Assembly (NCBI GenBank): GCA_000025185.1
Contig: CP001848.1
Coordinates: forward strand, 1,020,001 to 1,052,000
Reading direction: 5' to 3'
DNA: 32,000 nt
DNA from: Pirellula staleyi DSM 6068
GTDB lineage: Bacteria; Planctomycetota; Planctomycetia; Pirellulales; Pirellulaceae
The notes under the pieces are model-generated. The model worked only from the letters and a program-made list of their open reading frames with translations, was not told where the DNA came from and did no database searches. Shown here piece after piece: positions 1 through 8,405 of this stretch; position 1 is the stretch's first letter, and each line of letters starts with the position of its first letter. A program made the translations under genes and the position numbers.

Positions 1-1143
1 GCGCCCCGCATCGTTGTTCACGCGCGGCGTCCGGCCAAATTCTCCCCACGCCACGACGAGCGTCGACTCGAGCAGCCCCCGCTGATCGAGGTCCTCGATG
101 AGCGCGCTATAAGCTTGATCGAAGCGCGGCAAAAACCCACGCCGAAGCGAGTCGAAACCTTGCACGTGGGTGTCCCACCAGCGGAGATCGACCGTCACTA
201 GCCGCACTCCCGCTTCGACCAGGCGTCGCGCGAGCAAAATGCGCTGGCTCCAGGCCGGTGCGCCGCAGCGGTTGCTGGCGCCGGGATCGAAGGCCGGTGA
301 AAAGCCGTAACGCTCGCGCAGCTCCGCCGGTTCGCTATCGAGGTCAAACGCCTTCTGTGCAGCCGGGCTGGCGATCATGTCCCACGCCCGCTGGCTGAAC
401 GACGACATCCCTTCCATCCGCCCACTGGCATCGACCTGACTCCGCAGCCGATCGAGCCCCGCGAGAAGCTGTTTACGATCTCCCAGCCGATCGATCGACA
501 GGCCTTCGGCTAGCTGGAAGTTCTGCACTTTAAACGGTCCCAGGTTCGCCGGGTCGGCTCCCGTTTCAAACGGCTGGTGAGCGACCCCCAAATAGCCGCT
601 CCCAGTCCCGGGAACTTGTCGCGGAATCATGACATACGACGGCAGCTCACGGGCTTGGTGCGACATCTGCTCGCTCACCACCGAACCGATGCTGGGGTGG
701 ACGTTTTCGTCGGGATTTCGCCCCGGACCGTAGCCGGTAAAGCAAATCTGATCGCCGGTCGAGTGCCCCGCGTCGTCGTGGTGCAGGCTGCGGATGATCG
801 ACCACTTATCCATCACGCGGGCCGACTTGGGGAGCATATCGGTCAGCTGAATGCCAGCGACATTGGTCGGAATGGTCCCAAACTCGCCACGAAATTCGGC
901 GGGTGCGTCGGGCTTGGGGTCCCACATATCGATGTGGCTTGGTCCGCCCCGCATCCAGAGCAAAATCACGTTCTTTCCCGAGGATTTTGTGCGAGCCGTG
1001 TTCGACGCGGCCTCGCTGGCTAGCAAATTCGAGAGCGAGAGGCTCGTCGCGCCGATGGCTCCCAGCTGCAACAAACCGCGTCGCGAGAGGGCCAGCTTTT
1101 GGAACTCACGGCACGATCGCGCGAGGGAGGGTTCGTTGCGCAT
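1..1143 (-). CDS. DUF1501 domain-containing protein (sulfatase-like, Tat-type signal); C-terminal end lies beyond the window edge
   Basis: The reverse frame is open from the ATG (complement of 1141-1143) down to position 1. It is absent from the ORF track because there is no stop in the window. My translation starts MRNEPSLARSCREFQKLALSRRGLLQLGAIGATSLS (twin-arginine-like SRRGLL). It continues KNVILLWMRGGPSHIDMWDPKPDAP...SLHHDDAGHSTGDQ...RWWDTHV...VAWGEFGRTPRVN, which is the pattern of the DUF1501 family. Confidence 0.85.
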   Translation of the reverse strand, partial: MRNEPSLARSCREFQKLALSRRGLLQLGAIGATSLSLSNLLASEAASNTARTKSSGKNVILLWMRGGPSHIDMWDPKPDAPAEFRGEFGTIPTNVAGIQLTDMLPKSARVMDKWSIIRSLHHDDAGHSTGDQICFTGYGPGRNPDENVHPSIGSVVSEQMSHQARELPSYVMIPRQVPGTGSGYLGVAHQPFETGADPANLGPFKVQNFQLAEGLSIDRLGDRKQLLAGLDRLRSQVDASGRMEGMSSFSQRAWDMIASPAAQKAFDLDSEPAELRERYGFSPAFDPGASNRCGAPAWSQRILLARRLVEAGVRLVTVDLRWWDTHVQGFDSLRRGFLPRFDQAYSALIEDLDQRGLLESTLVVAWGEFGRTPRVNNDAGR

Positions 1144-1387
1144 GGGTTATAGTCCGGCGGGAAGGAAGGATCGGACAGGCGGGAACGCATAGCCGCTTGT
1201 TTATAGATCGGCCGTAGCGTTGAGTTCAAGCAGAATTTTGGCCGAGCTTACGAAGAAACCACCTTCAGCGGCTCGCTATGGCGGCGGATCGGGCACTGCG
1301 ACAATCTGTTTGCGACCGCTCTCCCCGAGGGATAAACTCGACCTGCAGGGCCTGAAAACGCCGACACTTTCGCAAGGACCGAGTTCG

Positions 1388-2680
1388 ATGCACCGCACCC
1401 CCTTCATGCTTTCGGCGCTCCTCACCGGGCTCCTGCTGGGCCTGCTAATCCCCTCCCTCTCGGCCCAAGAGACGCCGCTCCAGCGCGCCAAGCCCGAGCA
1501 CTACGTCGAACTCGATGGAGTGATTCCCGCGCTCGAGACCTTGAAAGGACTCGGAGGTCTGCCGGGTCTCGAGGGGCTCGGACCGCTCGGGAACAAGCTT
1601 AAAATCCGCTACCAAATGACCTCGAAATCGGAGACGACCGCCAAGGTGGTGGTCTCGATCAGGTCTGGCGATGCCGACATGGGAACCCGCGAGATCGAAC
1701 TTCCGCTCGATAAACCGGTCGACCCGATTTTGCTCACTCCCACCTCCGACGAAAAAGTCAAAATCAAATTCGAGCGGACCGTACCCAATCTTAAATATAA
1801 GATCGGCGACAAAGAGTTCTCCGGCGCTGCACATGTATATAAGGTCGAGATGGCTCTGTTTGGTAACTTAGAAGGAAAGGGGCTGGAAGGGTTTGATATC
1901 CCGGGACTGGAAGGTTTGAAGGCGGTCTCCGAAAAGTCGGTGATGGAACTAAGTTATTTCATGTCGGACGAAGCGCCACTGATGGGAATCGTGGCGATGA
2001 AAATGACCGGCGTTGCGCAGGCCAAATTCGAACTCGCCCGAGGAACCGGCGTCGAGAAACTCATTCCGCCCACGGCCGACACCATGCCCGGCGACACCGT
2101 GCCCGGCGATTCAGCGAGCATACCTCCCGGCAGTCCTGCGCCGTCGGGCGAATCGATGGCGAGCGATCGGCCTTATAAAGTGGGAGATTGGCTCGAGTAC
2201 CAAGGGACGGAGAAGGTGAGTAAGAAACCAGCAGCGCTGCGGCATATTGTCAAAGAAGTGGGAGACAAATCGACCCTGATCACTGCGATTTTGTCGATCG
2301 ACGACCAGCAGGTGAGCACGTGGGATTTTGAATTCCCGGTGGCCGATGTGGTCACTATCCTGCCGCAATGGGAAGTGATTGGCGACCTGTCGAATCGTCG
2401 GCAGATGAATAAAAGCGCGAGCAAGAACGTCAAATTCAAACTGCTCGAAAGTGTCGATGTGGCGGGGGTCGAAGAAAGCTATACCATCACGCTCGACACC
2501 CCAGGTAAACCCGATCGTGTGCTGGTGAATGTGGGGGCTTCACGTCTGGCACCACTCACCGGACTCGTCTCGGTTCGGATGCGTCACAACACGGCTGTCG
2601 ATCTGCAACTGACGCTCGCCGACCAGAGCGGTTTTGTGGTTCTTCCCGAGAAGCCTGCAACGAAGAGCAAAACCAAGTAA
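1388..2680 (+). CDS. secreted hypothetical protein with two Gly-Leu-rich (GLEGL-type) segments
   Basis: This is the 1220..2680 ORF. I prefer the ATG at 1388, which is preceded by AAGGA about 9 nt upstream and gives a clean signal peptide MHRTPFMLSALLTGLLLGLLIPSLSAQE. Motifs LKGLGGLPGLEGLGPLG and GNLEGKGLEGFDIPGLEGLK are present. I recognise no family. Confidence 0.7.
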   Translation: MHRTPFMLSALLTGLLLGLLIPSLSAQETPLQRAKPEHYVELDGVIPALETLKGLGGLPGLEGLGPLGNKLKIRYQMTSKSETTAKVVVSIRSGDADMGTREIELPLDKPVDPILLTPTSDEKVKIKFERTVPNLKYKIGDKEFSGAAHVYKVEMALFGNLEGKGLEGFDIPGLEGLKAVSEKSVMELSYFMSDEAPLMGIVAMKMTGVAQAKFELARGTGVEKLIPPTADTMPGDTVPGDSASIPPGSPAPSGESMASDRPYKVGDWLEYQGTEKVSKKPAALRHIVKEVGDKSTLITAILSIDDQQVSTWDFEFPVADVVTILPQWEVIGDLSNRRQMNKSASKNVKFKLLESVDVAGVEESYTITLDTPGKPDRVLVNVGASRLAPLTGLVSVRMRHNTAVDLQLTLADQSGFVVLPEKPATKSKTK

Positions 2681-2690
2681 ATTAGAGTGT

Positions 2691-2993
2691 ATGGACACAC
2701 CTCCCCCTGCAGGCGACACACCGATCCCTGAGTTCCTGGCGAAGTTGCCACTCAAGGCAGCCGAGCTACGAATCTTGGCGGCCAGCGGCATGACGACCAT
2801 GCTCGAGTTTGGGAGCATGGCCTATCTCGGTGGCGAGAAGTTTGCCTTGCCTTTTGGCAAGCGTGGCGAGCATGTGCGGAAAGTGATCCTCGAGCATCTC
2901 ACGCCCGAGGAGCGCGAATTTCTCGAGCAGCTGCCACTTCCTACGCCGCAAGCGATCGGCGCGATCCTGCCCGATGAAGACTCACCGATCTGA
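2691..2993 (+). CDS. hypothetical 100-aa protein, probably co-transcribed with the upstream secreted protein
   Basis: The ATG at 2691 lies 10 nt after the upstream stop. The product starts MDTPPPAGDTPIPEFLAKLPLKAAELRILAASGMTTMLEF. There is no signal peptide and I recognise no family. Confidence 0.5.
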   Translation: MDTPPPAGDTPIPEFLAKLPLKAAELRILAASGMTTMLEFGSMAYLGGEKFALPFGKRGEHVRKVILEHLTPEEREFLEQLPLPTPQAIGAILPDEDSPI

Positions 2994-3046
2994 GCCACTG
3001 ACGGCCAAGTTCTCGGTGAGTCCTCTCGTTTTTCAGCTTTCGCGAA

Positions 3047-5713
3047 TTACTTCGCGGCGAGCTCGTTTTTGACGATCTCGGTCGGCAGGAACGTGAAGTC
3101 GTCGCCACTGTAGTCGATGGTCAGCGAGCCGCCGGGCTGCACTTCCCCTCGCAAGAGGACCCGCGAGAGTGGATTCACCAGACGCTGCTGAATCACACGC
3201 TTCAGCGGACGAGCACCGTACTGCGGATCGTAACCCTCGTGAGCCACCGCTTCTCGGGCACGCGGAGTGACTTCGAGTTTGATTTCGCGCGCGGCAAGCT
3301 GCGTCGACAGCCGAGCCAATTGAATCTCGACGATCCGGCCGATCTCATCGCGCCGCAGCGGATGAAACACGATTGTTTCGTCGATGCGATTCAGAAACTC
3401 GGGGAGGAACTTCGCCCGCAGCGCCTCTTGCACGGCGGTGTTCATTTCCGCTTCGGTTCCACCTTCACGCGTGATCTCTTGGATCAGCTGACTCCCGATG
3501 TTGCTGGTCATCACCACGATGGTGTTCGTGAAATCGACCGTATTCCCCTGACCATCGGTCAGGCGACCATCGTCGAGCACTTGCAGCAGCGTGTTGAAGA
3601 CGTCGCGATGCGCTTTTTCAACTTCGTCGAGCAGCACCACGCAGTAAGGACGCCGGCGCACCGCTTCGGTGAGCTTGCCCCCCTCTTCGTAGCCCACATA
3701 GCCGGGAGGCGCGCCGACCAGTCGGCTGACGTTGTGCTTCTCCATGAATTCGCTCATGTCGATGCGCACCATCGCACTCTCGTCGTCGAACATCACTTCG
3801 GCGAGCGCTTTGCAAAGCTCCGTCTTACCGACACCGGTCGGACCCAAAAACAGGAACGAGCCGATCGGTCGATTCGGATCTTGCAGGCCGCTGCGACTAC
3901 GACGCACCGCGTCGCTGACAGCTGTCACCGCTTCGTCCTGGCCAATCACGCGCTGATGCAAACGCTCTTCCATGACGAGTAACTTCGCGCGCTCGGTTTC
4001 GAGCATCCGCGATACCGGAATGCCGGTCCACGCACTCACCACTTCAGCGATTTCATCCTCGGTCACTTCCTGCGAAAGCAAGCGCTGACCACTCGCGGGC
4101 TTATCGCTCTCTTGCTTGTTTTCCTCTTGTTTTTCGATCTGTTTCTCGAGCTGACGACGCTTCACATCGAGCTGATACATCCGCTGATATTCTTCTTCGC
4201 TCACCAGCTGACCGGTCGATTGTTTCTCTTTAATCGTCGTTTCGAGTCGGCTGAATTCGAGCCGAAGCGCGTCGAGATCCTGACGTACTTTGCGGACATC
4301 GCCGACCGAAAGTTTCTCCGCTTCCCACTGCTCGCGCAGCGAAGCGAGTTTCCGTTTCTGATCTTGAATCTCGTCTTCGATTTCCTCGCGACGCGTGAGC
4401 GCACTCTCTTCGGTCTCTTCGGCCAATTGGCGCGAAGCGAGTTCGAGTTGTCGCAAACGACGCTGCACTTCGTCGATCTCGGTCGGCACGCTCTGCAATT
4501 CCATGGCGAGCTTGCTGGCGGCTTCGTCGACGAGGTCGATCGCCTTATCGGGCAGAAAGCGCTCGGTGATATAGCGGCTTGAAAGTTTCGCGGCAGCGAT
4601 CAGCGCCGAGTCTTTAATCTTGACGTTGTGATGTGCTTCGTAGCGCGGCTTCAGGCCTCGCAAGATCGAAATCGTATCTTCAACGCTCGGCTCGCCGACA
4701 TAGACCGGCTGGAAACGCCGCTCGAGCGCCGCATCTTTTTCGACATGCTTGCGATACTCGTCGAGCGTCGTTGCGCCAATGCAGCGGAGTTCGCCACGCG
4801 CAAGCGCTGGCTTTAAAAGATTCGCCGCATCAGCGGCCCCTTCGGCAGCGCCAGCGCCGACGACGGTATGCAGCTCGTCGATGAACAGAATCACCTGACC
4901 TTCGGACTGCTGCACTTCGCGCAGCACCGCTTTGAGTCGCTCTTCAAACTCACCGCGAAACTTAGCGCCAGCGATCAGCCGACCCATGTCGAGCGCCATC
5001 ACCTTGCGCCCCTTGAGGCTCTCGGGGACGTCGCCATCGACAATGCGCAGCGCTAGCCCTTCGACGATCGCCGTTTTACCAACACCCGGCTCGCCGATCA
5101 GGACAGGATTGTTTTTGCTGCGCCGCGAAAGGACTTGAATCACACGGCGAATCTCTTGATCGCGGCCAATCACCGGATCGAGCTTCCCTTGCACCGCGCG
5201 GTCGACAAGGTCGATCGCATATTTCTCGAGTGCCTGGTACTGAGTCTCGGGATTTTGATCGGTCACGCGGGCTCCTCCTCGAATCGCTTGCGTCGCTTTG
5301 TGCACATCATTTTCGCGCACTCCGACGAGCTCGAGCAGATTCTTGGCCTTCGATGCTTGTTTCGTAAGTCCCAGCAGCAGATGCTCGACGGAGACGAATT
5401 CGTCCTTCATCGTCGTCGCTTCTTTGAACGCCGTTTCCAGCACGCCGCGCAGCGCGCTACCAGGCTGAGGCTGTGAGCCTCCCGTGGTGCGTGGCATCCG
5501 AGCGAGTTCCGATTTCACCATCTCACTCAGCTGCGATTGTTTGACACCAATCTTGGCCAGCAGCGGCGCAAAGACCCCCTCTTTCTCCTCGAGGAGCGCA
5601 GCCAGCAGGTGCAACGGATCGATCTCCGGATGCCCTTTTTCCGCCGCCAAATTCTGTGCGGCTGCGACCGCTTCCTGCCCCTTTGTGGTGAGTTTCTCAA
5701 AGCGAAATGACAT
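3047..5713 (-). CDS. clpB: ATP-dependent chaperone/disaggregase ClpB
   Basis: 888 aa starting [16 protein letters not shown] (ATG at complement 5711-5713; the track's upstream TTG at 5773 is unlikely). Two AAA+ modules carry Walker A motifs GEPGVGKT and GPTGVGKT. A long coiled-coil middle domain is present, plus the typical [11 protein letters not shown]-terminal motif. Confidence 0.95.
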   Translation of the reverse strand: MSFRFEKLTTKGQEAVAAAQNLAAEKGHPEIDPLHLLAALLEEKEGVFAPLLAKIGVKQSQLSEMVKSELARMPRTTGGSQPQPGSALRGVLETAFKEATTMKDEFVSVEHLLLGLTKQASKAKNLLELVGVRENDVHKATQAIRGGARVTDQNPETQYQALEKYAIDLVDRAVQGKLDPVIGRDQEIRRVIQVLSRRSKNNPVLIGEPGVGKTAIVEGLALRIVDGDVPESLKGRKVMALDMGRLIAGAKFRGEFEERLKAVLREVQQSEGQVILFIDELHTVVGAGAAEGAADAANLLKPALARGELRCIGATTLDEYRKHVEKDAALERRFQPVYVGEPSVEDTISILRGLKPRYEAHHNVKIKDSALIAAAKLSSRYITERFLPDKAIDLVDEAASKLAMELQSVPTEIDEVQRRLRQLELASRQLAEETEESALTRREEIEDEIQDQKRKLASLREQWEAEKLSVGDVRKVRQDLDALRLEFSRLETTIKEKQSTGQLVSEEEYQRMYQLDVKRRQLEKQIEKQEENKQESDKPASGQRLLSQEVTEDEIAEVVSAWTGIPVSRMLETERAKLLVMEERLHQRVIGQDEAVTAVSDAVRRSRSGLQDPNRPIGSFLFLGPTGVGKTELCKALAEVMFDDESAMVRIDMSEFMEKHNVSRLVGAPPGYVGYEEGGKLTEAVRRRPYCVVLLDEVEKAHRDVFNTLLQVLDDGRLTDGQGNTVDFTNTIVVMTSNIGSQLIQEITREGGTEAEMNTAVQEALRAKFLPEFLNRIDETIVFHPLRRDEIGRIVEIQLARLSTQLAAREIKLEVTPRAREAVAHEGYDPQYGARPLKRVIQQRLVNPLSRVLLRGEVQPGGSLTIDYSGDDFTFLPTEIVKNELAAK
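5264..5279 (-). promoter_or_regulatory. candidate internal translation start of clpB (SD AGGAGGA + GTG at Val150), giving an N-domain-less isoform
   Basis: The minus strand reads CGA GGA GGA GCC CGC GTG (R-G-G-A-R-V). AGGAGGA is followed by a 6-nt spacer and then an in-frame GTG, at the linker after the N-domain (..[14 protein letters not shown]..). Confidence 0.45.
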
Positions 5714-5767
5714 GATTGTGGTCCACCTTTCCAAAATGGCTGGGAATTTCTTTCCCACCCCTCTGCA

Positions 5768-5785
5768 ATGCAACCATCGTGCCAG
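5768..5785 (-). promoter_or_regulatory. sigma-54 (RpoN) -24/-12 type promoter upstream of clpB
   Basis: The minus strand reads CTGGCACGATGGTTGCAT, a full match to the TGGCACG-N4-TTGCW core with canonical GG..GC spacing. It lies about 55 nt upstream of the clpB ATG, and AAGGTGG sits between it and the ATG. Confidence 0.6.
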
Positions 5786-6039
5786 AACTGGCGACGAAGG
5801 GCCAGGAAATTAGGGATCAGGGGCCAGCGATCAGCATGCGGCGCGCCAGCGGCGCGTCTGCTAAAAGCCAGGAGGCTGCGCGCCAATCATCCCCGCGAAG
5901 CTGGGGGCGTTGTGGCGAGGTCTCGAGAAGCGAGCAAGAGGCGCACAGCAGCGGTGCAGGCCCGGCAGCGCAAAAGAATCTGCCAGGCGTGTCATGATGG
6001 TATCGATAGTCTCGCTAGGGGCGCGAGCAGCACGGGAGA

Positions 6040-7209
6040 CTACTTGGCGTCGTCCTGCGCGCGATCCGTGGTAGCCTCTTGCTCCTGGTCGCTTTCTTTC
6101 CCTCGCTGAAGTTTTTCGAGCGACAGGGCCTCGAGTTGTTTCAGCTCGGCCTTCAACAGCTCTTGTAAATCATCGGGAGCCAGCTCGACCGCTTTCTTTC
6201 CATACTCGAGAGCCTTCTCGCGATTGCCAGAGAGCGCGTAGAACTGCGCTGCCATCATCAGCACTTCGGGGCTCTTACTCTCGAGCGCGAGCGCTTTATC
6301 GAGTGCCTTTTTTCCCATCTCAGCGAGCTTGGGATGAGGCGCCTCAGCGTTAACGCTCATCAAGATTCCGGCGAGTGAAATCAGCCCCATCCCATCTTCA
6401 GCCTTGTTCATTTTGGCAAGCTGAGCTTCCGCTACAGGGATCAGTTCGTCGTACTTCTTGGCCAGCGCCAAACAAATCATCCGAACACTTTGGAAATCGT
6501 CTGCTTGAGCCTTCGCAGGGTTAGCCTGGGCAATCTCCTCGAGCGTTGCCAGCGCCGCCACTGGGTCGGTTTCCATGGTCGTGATCACGGAATTGAACTT
6601 CTGCTGAGCCGCCGCCATCTGCTGGGCTTTCTCGACGCTCCAGGTCCCGTCGAGCACCTGCGGCAGCACCTGATCGAGCTCGCTCGGGTGCCCGATGAAC
6701 GCCACTTTTCCATCTTTTCCTACAACAAACGAGCAAGGAATTCCCTGCTGTTCGGCGGCCTCCATGTACTGGGTCATCATTTTGTTATCGTCGCAAAAAG
6801 CGTAGCGAAAGTGGTATTTCGCCCCATCACCTTGAACGAACTCTGTCACCGCTTCGCTGCTGTTGGCTTCGTCTTCCGTCGTCAGAGCGACCACCACCAA
6901 GCCTTGCTTTTGGAACTTCTGAGCGAGCTTGTCGAGATGGGGCATCGAAGCGATGCAGGGACCGCACCAGGTGGCCCAAAACTCGACCACATAGACCGAG
7001 TCTTTTTGAAAAGCTTTGACCGGTTCCCCCTGGAGCCACTTGCCGACCTGCAGCGCCGGAGCAGCATCGCCGATCTGCAGTTTGGGACCGGTTCGCTCAG
7101 CAGCAGCTTGCGGAGCGGCTTTGCCTGCAGGCTGCTGCTGCGCCATCAGCTGAGGCCACCCTAGCGCTAGCATCAACGAAGCAGCAACGACCCATGTAAC
7201 GATACGCAT
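6040..7209 (-). CDS. secreted TlpA/ResA-like thioredoxin-fold thiol:disulfide oxidoreductase with a helical TPR-like C-terminal domain
   Basis: Signal peptide MRIVTWVVAASLMLALGWPQLMAQQ. Redox motif FWATWCGPC. The C-terminal roughly 190 aa are Ala/Leu/Lys-rich helical repeats (..AAQFYALSGNREKALEYGKKAVELAP..). Confidence 0.85.
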   Translation of the reverse strand: MRIVTWVVAASLMLALGWPQLMAQQQPAGKAAPQAAAERTGPKLQIGDAAPALQVGKWLQGEPVKAFQKDSVYVVEFWATWCGPCIASMPHLDKLAQKFQKQGLVVVALTTEDEANSSEAVTEFVQGDGAKYHFRYAFCDDNKMMTQYMEAAEQQGIPCSFVVGKDGKVAFIGHPSELDQVLPQVLDGTWSVEKAQQMAAAQQKFNSVITTMETDPVAALATLEEIAQANPAKAQADDFQSVRMICLALAKKYDELIPVAEAQLAKMNKAEDGMGLISLAGILMSVNAEAPHPKLAEMGKKALDKALALESKSPEVLMMAAQFYALSGNREKALEYGKKAVELAPDDLQELLKAELKQLEALSLEKLQRGKESDQEQEATTDRAQDDAK

Positions 7210-7460
7210 GCGTTATTCCAGTTTTCCATTCGAGGCAGAGATAAGACAACCGCGCGACAGGCTCGCTTGGCATACACCACCGCGCCGATCGATTTCGCTC
7301 TCACTCCTACCCCACACCACCGCCGCTGGTTTCCGATAAGACGGAATTTTGCGGCAAGGTCTCATTCATTGCTGAAGTGTGAAGTGCCAGCATCTGCTTT
7401 ACAGGCGATGCGTGGTTCAGTACGCAAACGCCGATTGTTAAATATCATCGAGTGACTTTT

Positions 7461-8228
7461 ATGCGTATCAGGGATGCCTACAATAATTCGCTCTGGAGCA
7501 ATCCCATTCCGGCAAACGGGTTATTCATGAACAGCGGTGAACCGATAGGCTGTCTGGGGACGATACTCAGCATGCTGGGAATTCGTCTCCATGCTCCGAC
7601 GAACCCCGCGATTTCTTCCTATCGCGAGGAGATCGAAGAGCCGATTGTGGCCGAGTCTGCTGAACTCGCCTATCGTGTGCGGGACGACTTTCTTTCCGCA
7701 GCAGAGTTTTCGTTTTTTCGAGTCTTGGTATCGGCTACGGGCAATCGCGTAGTGATTTGTTGCAAGGTTCGCTTGGCTGATATCTTCTACGTCGCCAGGC
7801 CGCATGAACACAAAGGTCAACAAAGCAGAATCCAGCAAAAACACGTTGATTTTTTGTTATGCGATCCTGTGACGATGCAGCCTCGCTGCGCCATTGAGCT
7901 CGACGATTCGACTCATGCGAGAAAAGAGCGGCAAGAGCGTGATGACTTTGTCGAGCGTGCTTTTGCTGCCGCCAAGCTGCCTCTCGTACGGGTGCCAGTG
8001 CAACGCGGCTATAACCCAGCGGGGTTGCTTTCGCTGATCGAATCGCACTTAAGCGATCCACCTAATCTGCCAACTACTCGCCCCTCGGCGACGGTAAGTG
8101 GTCCCCAACTTTGCCCCAAGTGCGGAGCCGCGATGGTCGTGCGAACCGCGAAGAATGGCCCTAATGCTGGGCAGAAGTTTTTGGGATGTTCGAACTATCC
8201 CAAATGTCAAACGATGGCGAAGTTGTAA
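7461..8228 (+). CDS. DUF2726 (restriction-endonuclease-like) domain protein with C-terminal topoisomerase-type C4 zinc ribbon
   Basis: Core FLSAAEFSFFRVL...KVRLADIF...QQKHVDFLLCDPVTMQPRCAIELDDSTHARKERQERDDFVERAFAAAKLPLVRV matches the DUF2726 pattern (D..ExD PD-(D/E)xK-like). The C-terminus CPKCGAAMVVRTAKNGPNAGQKFLGCSNYPKC is a Topo-I-type zinc finger. The start is uncertain: GTG 7452, ATG 7461 or ATG 7527. Confidence 0.8.
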   Translation: MRIRDAYNNSLWSNPIPANGLFMNSGEPIGCLGTILSMLGIRLHAPTNPAISSYREEIEEPIVAESAELAYRVRDDFLSAAEFSFFRVLVSATGNRVVICCKVRLADIFYVARPHEHKGQQSRIQQKHVDFLLCDPVTMQPRCAIELDDSTHARKERQERDDFVERAFAAAKLPLVRVPVQRGYNPAGLLSLIESHLSDPPNLPTTRPSATVSGPQLCPKCGAAMVVRTAKNGPNAGQKFLGCSNYPKCQTMAKL

Positions 8229-8297
8229 GGCATCATCGATCGCACAATCGATCGCGCGCCAATCGACTGGAGTTCAAAGCTGGAACGCTGTTTAGGT

Positions 8298-8318
8298 GTC
8301 GGCTACGGAGTAGCCGAC
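8298..8318 (+). terminator. perfect 9-bp hairpin with GGA triloop downstream of the DUF2726 gene (no U-tract)
   Basis: GTCGGCTAC-gga-GTAGCCGAC, 70 nt after the stop at 8228. Confidence 0.3.
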
Positions 8319-8366
8319 CTACGGCGAACTGACCATCACTATGGAAATCGACAAACGCACCAAACG

Positions 8367-8405
8367 AAAAAACGCCCGCGAGTGGTAGTGAGCCAATCGC
8401 GGGCG
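8367..8405 (-). terminator. rho-independent terminator candidate for minus-strand (dnaK) transcription
   Basis: Stem CGCCCGCGA (8373-8381) pairs with TCGCGGGCG (8397-8405), 9 bp with a 15-nt loop. On the minus strand the hairpin is followed by TTTTTT (plus-strand A-run 8367-8372). Confidence 0.5.

Noticed and set aside
577-1229. Four track ORFs (69-148 aa): three on the plus strand, plus one on the minus strand at 1020-1229 in a different frame. All lie within or overlap the DUF1501 gene region.
   Set aside because: They are shadow or overlapping frames of the minus-strand DUF1501 gene, whose translation is unambiguous.
5716-6109. Several 90-120-aa ORFs on both strands in the clpB upstream region.
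   Set aside because: They overlap one another and the thioredoxin gene's 3' end, and their products are Arg/Ala/Ser-rich. The region is better explained as the clpB promoter/leader plus the 3' flank of the thioredoxin gene.
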